This document shows, piece after piece, positions 1 to 5,229 of a stretch of 11,821 bases of DNA. Numbering within the stretch: position 1 is the first letter of the stretch; each line of letters starts with the position of its first letter. This DNA is from Prochlorococcus sp. AG-355-B18 (GTDB taxonomy: Bacteria > Cyanobacteriota > Cyanobacteriia > PCC-6307 > Cyanobiaceae). Location: positions 1-11,821 of the forward strand of contig QCDI01000018.1 of NCBI GenBank assembly GCA_003280965.1. The letters are read 5' to 3'. Below the pieces are notes generated by a model. The model was given only the letters and a program-made list of their open reading frames with translations, searched no databases and was not told where the DNA came from. The translations under genes were made by a program, and so were the position numbers.

Positions 1-117
1 GAAAGAGCGGTAACTATATTCTTAACGATATTATTAAGAGATTTTAATCAGAATTTAAAGTTAGGGACTCGCATTTTGAAGAAAAGAAAGAGAATATAAA
101 GAAAAAAGGTAATTCCA

Positions 118-321
118 ATGGAATCAACCAAAATTCCAAAAAGGATTATTAAAAAACAGGTTAAAAAGAGAGTTATTAAGAAACAGCTTAAAAAGGTTGA
201 TAAAGCAATTGTTGAAATTGCGGAAATGAAATTTGAAAATTATGAAGAAAAAGAAGAAAAACTAGACGCGCTTGTTTTTTTAAAGAATCAAATATTGACG
301 GAAGCGGAGGAGTTACTATGA
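118..321 (+). CDS. Small hypothetical protein (67 aa), basic N-terminus and helical acidic C-terminus
   Basis: ORF track. ATG start; its TGA (319-321) overlaps the next ATG (318-320) as ATGA, typical of translational coupling. Confidence 0.7.
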   Translation: MESTKIPKRIIKKQVKKRVIKKQLKKVDKAIVEIAEMKFENYEEKEEKLDALVFLKNQILTEAEELL

Positions 322-482
322 ACGGAAGACTAGACAAGGTTGCTATGACCAACAAACTAATGCAACTCAAGAGAGAACTTCACTACAAATGCGCGATTGG
401 GGAAAAGGGAAAATGGGAATGTATAGGAGCAAATGATTATCTCAACAGAGTGTTTGATGTATTAGATGAGTTTTGGCAGTAA
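318..482 (+). CDS. Small hypothetical protein (54 aa, MNGRLDKVAMTNKLMQLKRELHYKCAIGEKGKWECIGANDYLNRVFDVLDEFWQ), not in the ORF track
   Basis: Translated by hand. ATG at 318 with GGAGG at 306-310, ATGA overlap with the upstream stop, TAA at 480-482. From memory it resembles small Prochlorococcus/cyanophage proteins. Confidence 0.75.
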   Translation: MNGRLDKVAMTNKLMQLKRELHYKCAIGEKGKWECIGANDYLNRVFDVLDEFWQ

Positions 483-643
483 ATACTAAACAAAAAAAAA
501 GAATTGATATTGCAACTTGTTGGGCTACTAATAGAATTTCTGTTATGGATAATCTAGAAAGATATCAAGACAGTTATGCAATAGCAGAAGAATTTAGAGA
601 GTGGATACTGCATATAGGAGAAAAGAATGAAAAGAATTATTAG
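473..643 (+). CDS. Small picocyanobacterial hypothetical protein (56 aa from TTG, MAVNTKQKKRIDIATCWATNRISVMDNLERYQDSYAIAEEFREWILHIGEKNEKNY), possibly frameshifted at the 3' end
   Basis: Translated by hand. TTG at 473 overlaps the previous gene end, internal ATG at 545, TAG at 641-643. Another frame continues KELLDQKVND to TAA at 661-663. Confidence 0.55.
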   Translation: MAVNTKQKKRIDIATCWATNRISVMDNLERYQDSYAIAEEFREWILHIGEKNEKNY

Positions 644-663
644 ACCAAAAAGTCAACGATTAA

Positions 664-1158
664 ATGAAACGCTTAGCTTTATTTATTGTTTTCCCACTTA
701 TATTTGGTTTTGGAAACGATAAAGCAAGATTATGCGAAGACCTTAAATTTGCAATAAATAAATCAAAAAATGATTATCAGCAAAAAATATCATTTGCAAA
801 ACAAAGCAAAGAATTTGCTAATGATAAAATTACCAAAATTTATGCAATAGAAACAAAATGGGAGGATCTTTTTGATAGTCCTTATGAAATAGAAAGCTTA
901 TGTAATGAATATTTCTTAATAAAAGAATTTGATATTGATTTATCTAGTGAATGTTATTTGTTTGAAACTATCTTAAAAAGTGGAAATTATAGTGATGAAG
1001 ATTTTGATTTCATGGCAGAAGAAAGAAGACAAAATGCTCAAGCTCTTATAGAAGAATTTAAAGCCAAATATGATCAAATTAATAAACAAGCAAAAGAAGA
1101 TTATTTATCAGAACAAAAAGAAATGCAGAAAATATATCGAAAGAAAAAATGCGATTAA
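664..1158 (+). CDS. Hypothetical exported or membrane-anchored protein (164 aa), helical and charged
   Basis: ORF track. MKR plus a hydrophobic N-terminal stretch; no recognisable domain. Confidence 0.75.
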   Translation: MKRLALFIVFPLIFGFGNDKARLCEDLKFAINKSKNDYQQKISFAKQSKEFANDKITKIYAIETKWEDLFDSPYEIESLCNEYFLIKEFDIDLSSECYLFETILKSGNYSDEDFDFMAEERRQNAQALIEEFKAKYDQINKQAKEDYLSEQKEMQKIYRKKKCD

Positions 1159-1176
1159 GTCACTTATGGTTTTTAA

Positions 1177-1263
1177 ATGAAACGCTTACTACTGGCAGCT
1201 AAATTAAATAGGATTGAAAGTCGATCTAAATCTAAATTTAAAGATAAATTAAATGCTTTTTAA
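1177..1263 (+). pseudogene. Orphan leader stub MKRLLLAAKLNRIESRSKSKFKDKLNAF (28 aa)
   Basis: The first 17 nt (ATGAAACGCTTACTACT) are identical to the leaders at 1914 and 3093. It then loses hydrophobic character and stops at 1261-1263. Confidence 0.5.
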
Positions 1264-1305
1264 ATTATCGTTTTTAAATTGAAATTATATTATTCAATTT
1301 TAGTT

Positions 1306-1626
1306 ATGGCGTACTATCACGTTCATGGATTAATTCCTGATGGAATTTCTCAAGCTGAAGGTTACAAAATGTTTGAGCAATATATTGCTTCCGGTGCACC
1401 AATGGATAACTTTGAAGGATTTGAATTGATAAGTAGACTTCATGCTCCTGAAACCGGAGAAGTTTTTGTGACTTTCAAAGCTGATAATCACTTGGCAATA
1501 TCTGAACATTTCGGAGTGTGGAGAGCAAAATTTGGCCTCGAATGGAATATCACTGCTGTTTTAAATGATGAAGAAGTCATTCAAAGAAATAAGCAGGTTG
1601 CGGATGCTGTTGCTGCGATGGGATAA
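1306..1626 (+). CDS. DUF3303-like protein (106 aa)
   Basis: ATG at 1306 is preferred over TTG at 1279. The motifs 'FELISRLHAPETG' and 'EHFGVWRAKFGLEWNITAVL' resemble the picocyanobacterial DUF3303 family (from recall). Confidence 0.7.
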   Translation: MAYYHVHGLIPDGISQAEGYKMFEQYIASGAPMDNFEGFELISRLHAPETGEVFVTFKADNHLAISEHFGVWRAKFGLEWNITAVLNDEEVIQRNKQVADAVAAMG

Positions 1627-1654
1627 TTTAATTGAGTGACAGTCGATCTATATT

Positions 1655-1676
1655 GGAGGGATAAAATCCTCTTTTT
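1655..1676 (+). terminator. Possible weak intrinsic terminator
   Basis: GGAGGG-ATAAAA-TCCTCT hairpin (6 bp, two G:U pairs) followed by TTTT, about 30 nt after the stop at 1626. Confidence 0.35.
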
Positions 1677-1685
1677 ACATTATTT

Positions 1686-1913
1686 ATGTTGAGAAAAAAA
1701 GAAAAACAAACTTTAACAAGACTCTTCCTTTTAGGAGTTGGTGCTCCAATTGGACTTGATCGCTTTTACGAAGGAGATGTAACTGGTGGATTCTTAGCAA
1801 TTTTGGGTTTTCTTGTCGCTTTGATAACAGTAGTAGGTTTGTTAGTTTGGATCTTTCCTTTTATTTCCAAAACTTTTCGTTTGCTAAGAGAATTTGAAGA
1901 TGCGGAAGATTGA
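1686..1913 (+). CDS. TM2-domain small membrane protein (75 aa)
   Basis: 'LGVGAPIGLDRFYEGDVTGGFLAILG' fits the TM2 signature (G-x-[DH]-R-F-Y-x-G...G), flanked by hydrophobic helices. Confidence 0.75.
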   Translation: MLRKKEKQTLTRLFLLGVGAPIGLDRFYEGDVTGGFLAILGFLVALITVVGLLVWIFPFISKTFRLLREFEDAED

Positions 1914-2201
1914 ATGAAACGCTTACTACTTCCACTCCTAGCTACTCTCTCTTTAGCTACTGCTGTTGAAGCAAATCTTTTTCAAAAAGAACCTACTTAT
2001 AAACAAATAGTCTCTCAATGCAAAAGACCAGGTTTGAAATATGCAGAATATAACGAAATTGGGATGACCCAATTTGCAAAAAATTACTTGGATCTTTGCA
2101 TAAAGAAAGAAGCACAAAAAGTTTTACAGGCAAAATACAATAAATGTCTCAAAAAAAATAATGCTACTTTTTGCCAACTAACAACAAAGCTTGATCCATA
2201 A
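1914..2201 (+). CDS. Secreted hypothetical protein (95 aa) with four Cys
   Basis: Sec signal peptide MKRLLLPLLATLSLATAVEA. The mature part has 4 Cys, possibly forming disulfides. Confidence 0.8.
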   Translation: MKRLLLPLLATLSLATAVEANLFQKEPTYKQIVSQCKRPGLKYAEYNEIGMTQFAKNYLDLCIKKEAQKVLQAKYNKCLKKNNATFCQLTTKLDP

Positions 2202-2573
2202 ATGAAACGCATACTATTTGCACCGTTAATATTGCTTTTAACTGAAATTTCATTTGCAAAAGAGAAGCTGAATTATACAGTTACCTCTGATTCTCAGATA
2301 CAAAACGTAAAAGGGAGTTTTGAAGCTATTGGAAATGTAGTTATTAAAAGAATTAATAATAATTTTGAAGCTTCCTCAAATAAGCTTTCTTACGATAAAG
2401 AAGCTAAAACTTTAAAGCTAGTTGGAAATGTAGTCGTTAAAAATTTAGAGTCTGATGAGGGTTTATCTATCCAGGAATCTTATGGTGATGAATTGACTAT
2501 ATTTACTGATACAGGACTTTATGAATTCAAATCTAAAACTAGTAATAGAGTAAAAACAAAACTTAAATTTTAA
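2202..2573 (+). CDS. LptA/OstA-like beta-jellyroll exported protein (123 aa)
   Basis: Signal peptide ending SFA. The pattern 'TVTSDSQ...FEAIGNVVI...ASSNKLSYDKEAKTLKLVGNVVV' with repeated GNV motifs is typical of OstA/LptA. Confidence 0.7.
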   Translation: MKRILFAPLILLLTEISFAKEKLNYTVTSDSQIQNVKGSFEAIGNVVIKRINNNFEASSNKLSYDKEAKTLKLVGNVVVKNLESDEGLSIQESYGDELTIFTDTGLYEFKSKTSNRVKTKLKF

Positions 2574-2615
2574 ATGAAACGATTATTTCTCTTATCTCCA
2601 AAAATTAGTAATTGA
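2574..2615 (+). pseudogene. Orphan leader stub MKRLFLLSPKISN (13 aa)
   Basis: TAA-ATGAAACGATTA directly after the stop of 2202-2573; ends at TGA 2613-2615. Confidence 0.45.
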
Positions 2616-2683
2616 AGTTTGATCTAAAATAAGGGCAATTAGCTTCTTTTTTTTTAATATGTTTATATAAATTCCTTAAGTTT

Positions 2684-3088
2684 ATGCGTTCACTTTTATT
2701 ATTGCCTTTGCTTTTAGGTTTTTCATTTCCAGCGAATGCAAAGTCAGAGACTTACTTTATTGATGTTTCAGCAGAAAGTATAGAAAACTATATTCTTAGT
2801 GGTAAAGATAAAAATGGATCTGTAAGTGGGAATGATCCTACAGTTACTGTTAATAAAGGAGATACTATTGTTTTTAATGTTGATGCGTTTAGTCATCCGT
2901 TTTATATAAAGACTGAATTTTCTCGTGGAGGCGGTGATCAAGTAACCAAAGGGACATTATCAGGTACCCCTGGAACTCAAGATGGAAAACTATCATGGAA
3001 CACAACGGGTGTATCAGCTGGGAAATACTATTATGTTTGTTCTCCTCATGCACCTTTTGGGATGGGAGGCTCAATTATTGTTGAATAA
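2684..3088 (+). CDS. Secreted cupredoxin / plastocyanin-like blue copper protein (134 aa)
   Basis: Signal peptide ending ANA; 'VTVNKGDTIVF' strand; His in 'SHPF'; C-terminal 'YYYVCSPHAPFGMGGSIIVE' gives the C-x2-H-x4-M type-1 copper loop. Confidence 0.8.
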   Translation: MRSLLLLPLLLGFSFPANAKSETYFIDVSAESIENYILSGKDKNGSVSGNDPTVTVNKGDTIVFNVDAFSHPFYIKTEFSRGGGDQVTKGTLSGTPGTQDGKLSWNTTGVSAGKYYYVCSPHAPFGMGGSIIVE

Positions 3089-3092
3089 ATAA

Positions 3093-3662
3093 ATGAAACG
3101 CTTACTACTCCCATTACTAGCTGCCCTCGCTTTACCAACTGCTGTTAATGCTGAAATATCTGATGAATTACATAAAAAATGTTTAGAAGCACGAGATTAT
3201 GCAGGATGTGTGAAAACTAATAAAAAACTATCTCATAAAAAAGATAAGGAAATATCAGGGATTGGAATAAGGCTTTTTCTCAATAGTGACACTGCTGAAT
3301 TAACTATTCAATCTGTAATAAATGATTCGCCTGCTGCTTCAGCTGACATTAAACCAAATGATGTAATCATAAAAATAGATGGCAAATCAACTAAAGGAAT
3401 GGGTATAAATGAAGCTGTTTCTCTCATAAAAGGACCAAAAGATAAGCCAATTAAATTAGTTTTATCAAGAATTAATGAGGCAGGTAAAAAGGAAAAAATA
3501 AATGTTCGATTAGTAAGAGATACTTTTAAAGTCTCAACAAAAGACTATTTATATGAAGGTGATTTAAGGAGGCAATTAGAGTTTTTCTTTCCAGAAAATA
3601 TAAAACAGATTTTTCCAGAAAATGATTCCTCGTCAAAGCTCAAAAAAGGAACTTCAATTTAA
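3093..3662 (+). CDS. Secreted PDZ-domain protein (CtpA/Prc-type PDZ, no protease domain; 189 aa)
   Basis: Signal peptide MKRLLLPLLAALALPTAVNA. 'SGIGI...SVINDSPAASADIKPNDVIIKIDG...EAVSLIKGPKDKPIKLVLSR' is the tail-specific-protease PDZ pattern. No S41 catalytic domain follows. Confidence 0.85.
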   Translation: MKRLLLPLLAALALPTAVNAEISDELHKKCLEARDYAGCVKTNKKLSHKKDKEISGIGIRLFLNSDTAELTIQSVINDSPAASADIKPNDVIIKIDGKSTKGMGINEAVSLIKGPKDKPIKLVLSRINEAGKKEKINVRLVRDTFKVSTKDYLYEGDLRRQLEFFFPENIKQIFPENDSSSKLKKGTSI

Positions 3663-3670
3663 ATTTCTGA

Positions 3671-3883
3671 ATGAAACGCATACTCCTAGTTGAGCTTTTA
3701 TTAGTTTTAATTACCATAATTTATGTTTCTCTAAACCCAATTTCAAGAATTTATATTGCTGATTATTTAGAAAAGATATCCTTATTTTTATTTAAAACAG
3801 TAAGTGAAGAAGATTTAAATAAGTGGTATGAAAAAAGAGATAAGTATGAATTACTTGAGAAATTAAGCGGGCCTTCTTATTGA
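3671..3883 (+). CDS. Small single-TM hypothetical protein (70 aa)
   Basis: ORF track. MKRILL leader followed by a long hydrophobic helix. Confidence 0.65.
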   Translation: MKRILLVELLLVLITIIYVSLNPISRIYIADYLEKISLFLFKTVSEEDLNKWYEKRDKYELLEKLSGPSY

Positions 3884-3997
3884 TAGATGAAAAAAAATAT
3901 AAAAGGTTTTTTTTAACTAAAAAATATGCAATTAAATCTTAAAAAAGTTTGATTAATCAATCTATTTGCGCTTACTGCTTAAATGAAATTTAACAAG

Positions 3998-4064
3998 ATT
4001 AGAAATTACTTAACCAAACCTTATATAGAATTTATATTTTTCTTTAAAACAAAAATTATACAAT
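3998..4064 (+). promoter_or_regulatory. Putative Pho-box array (PhoB/SphR site) and -10 element of the phosphonate operon
   Basis: 11-bp phased repeats ATTAGAA (3998), CTTAACC (4009), CTTATAT (4020), TTTATAT (4031), CTTTAAA (4042) compared with the cyanobacterial PyTTAAPyPy(T/A) consensus. TACAAT at 4059-4064 lies about 10 nt downstream. The AT-rich background limits certainty. Confidence 0.55.
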
Positions 4065-4095
4065 TTTGCATATTGTAACTAGTAATACAAATTAA

Positions 4096-5148
4096 ATGAA
4101 AAAGTTATTTTCTTTTGTAATGGGGGCAGCTGTTATAGGAACAGCACTTGCACCTTCAGCAAATGCATGGTGGTGGGGTAAAAAAGGTTCTGAAAAGGCT
4201 TCAATTACTGTTTATACTGCTCTAGAGGATGACCAAATACCAAATTATCTAAAATCCTTTGAGAGAGATTACCCGAATATAGAAGTTAATATTGTTAGGG
4301 ACTCAACAGGTATAGTTACTGCGAAATTATTGGCTGAGGCTGAAAACCCACAGGCAGATGTGGTTTGGGGTTTAGCTGCTTCAAGTTTATTAGTAGCTAA
4401 TGATAGAGGTTTGATTCAAGGTTATGCTCCAAAAGGCCTTTCGAATGTTAAACCAAGCTTTAGGGATCCTGCAAAAAAACCTTCATGGGTTGGAATTGAT
4501 TCTTGGATTTCTGCTTTTTGTGTTAATAAAATTGAGGCCCAAAAAAAAGGGCTATCAATACCTAAATCTTGGGCAGATTTAACAAAACCAGAATACAAAG
4601 GTCACATAGTTATGTCTAACCCTGCATCCTCTGGAACAGGTTATTTGTCAGTAGCTTCAAGATTACAAAATTTACCTTCTGAAGAGGATGGTTGGAATTA
4701 CCTTGACGCTCTTCATACAAATATTGCTCAGTATATGCATTCTGGATCTAAGCCTTGTAAGGCTGCAGGTAAAGGAGAGTATCCAATAGGGGTTTCATTT
4801 GGTTACAGAGCTGTAAAACAGGTAAATATGGGACAACCAATTGAGGCTGTTTTTCCTAAAGAAGGTTCTGGATGGGATGTAGAAGCTAATGCCCTTATCA
4901 AAAAAGACAAAATAAAACCTGCTGCTAAGACTTTTCTTGATTGGGCAATTTCTCCTGAAGTCTCAAGAGAATATGCAAAAAGTTTTGCAATAACAGCTGT
5001 TGAAACTGATGTTCCGCTTCCTAAAGGTTTCCCTTCTAATCCAGAGAAACAGCTTGCAAAAAATGACTTACAATGGGCTGCTGTAAATAGGGAGAGAATA
5101 CTAGCAGAGTGGACAAAACGCTATGATGGCAAATCTGCTCCTAAGTAA
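4096..5148 (+). CDS. phnS: 2-aminoethylphosphonate-type ABC transporter substrate-binding protein (PhnS2/AepX family, TIGR03261-like)
   Basis: The motifs 'TVYTALE', '[32 protein letters not shown]', '[12 protein letters not shown]', '[10 protein letters not shown]' and 'EGSGWDVEA' are characteristic of this family. It has a signal peptide and phosphonate gene neighbours. Confidence 0.9.
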   Translation: MKKLFSFVMGAAVIGTALAPSANAWWWGKKGSEKASITVYTALEDDQIPNYLKSFERDYPNIEVNIVRDSTGIVTAKLLAEAENPQADVVWGLAASSLLVANDRGLIQGYAPKGLSNVKPSFRDPAKKPSWVGIDSWISAFCVNKIEAQKKGLSIPKSWADLTKPEYKGHIVMSNPASSGTGYLSVASRLQNLPSEEDGWNYLDALHTNIAQYMHSGSKPCKAAGKGEYPIGVSFGYRAVKQVNMGQPIEAVFPKEGSGWDVEANALIKKDKIKPAAKTFLDWAISPEVSREYAKSFAITAVETDVPLPKGFPSNPEKQLAKNDLQWAAVNRERILAEWTKRYDGKSAPK

Positions 5149-5165
5149 AAATTAAAAGCATATAA

Positions 5166-5200
5166 ATAAATTCCATGAATTGCTAATTCATGGAATTTAT
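5166..5200. terminator. Perfect 16-bp stem-loop between the binding-protein and ATPase genes (mRNA stabiliser or partial terminator)
   Basis: ATAAATTCCATGAATT-GCT-AATTCATGGAATTTAT is an exact inverted repeat; there is no long U-tract. Confidence 0.7.
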
Positions 5201-5229
5201 CATCTAGATGAATAATTATTTTAAATTTA

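Larger units (their letters stand above)
661..3690 (+). repeat. Dispersed direct repeat, 7 copies of T(A/G)AATGAAACG(C/A)(T/A)TA starting at 661, 1174, 1911, 2199, 2571, 3090 and 3668 (stop triplet plus MKR[L/I] leader)
   Basis: Read directly. All copies are on the + strand. I found no ATGAAACG on the + strand after 3690. The copies at 1914 and 3093 match at 49 of 60 nt across the whole signal peptide. Confidence 0.9.

Noticed and set aside
21..60. Phased TTAA repeats (CTTAACG, TTTAATC, TTTAAAG) as a Pho box or other OmpR-family site
   Set aside because: Spacing is irregular (12, 10, 11), the DNA is very AT-rich and upstream context is missing.
188..370. 60-aa minus-strand ORF
   Set aside because: Shadow of the two coupled plus-strand genes (118-321 and 318-482); no motif support.
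790..2261. Shared TCATTTGCAAAA (SFAK) in ORFs 664 and 2202
   Set aside because: A single 12-nt AT-rich match at non-equivalent positions is probably chance.
2889..3074. 61-aa minus-strand ORF
   Set aside because: Lies entirely antisense within the well-supported cupredoxin gene.
3093..3662. Calling the PDZ gene ctpA/prc
   Set aside because: It has no S41 protease domain or catalytic motifs; only the PDZ domain is present.
661..3690. Repeat array read as a CRISPR or a classical integron
   Set aside because: Spacing is hundreds of bp with whole genes between the repeats. The repeats are not palindromic, there is no attC-type RYYYAAC...GTTRRRY stem-loop, and no cas or intI gene is present.
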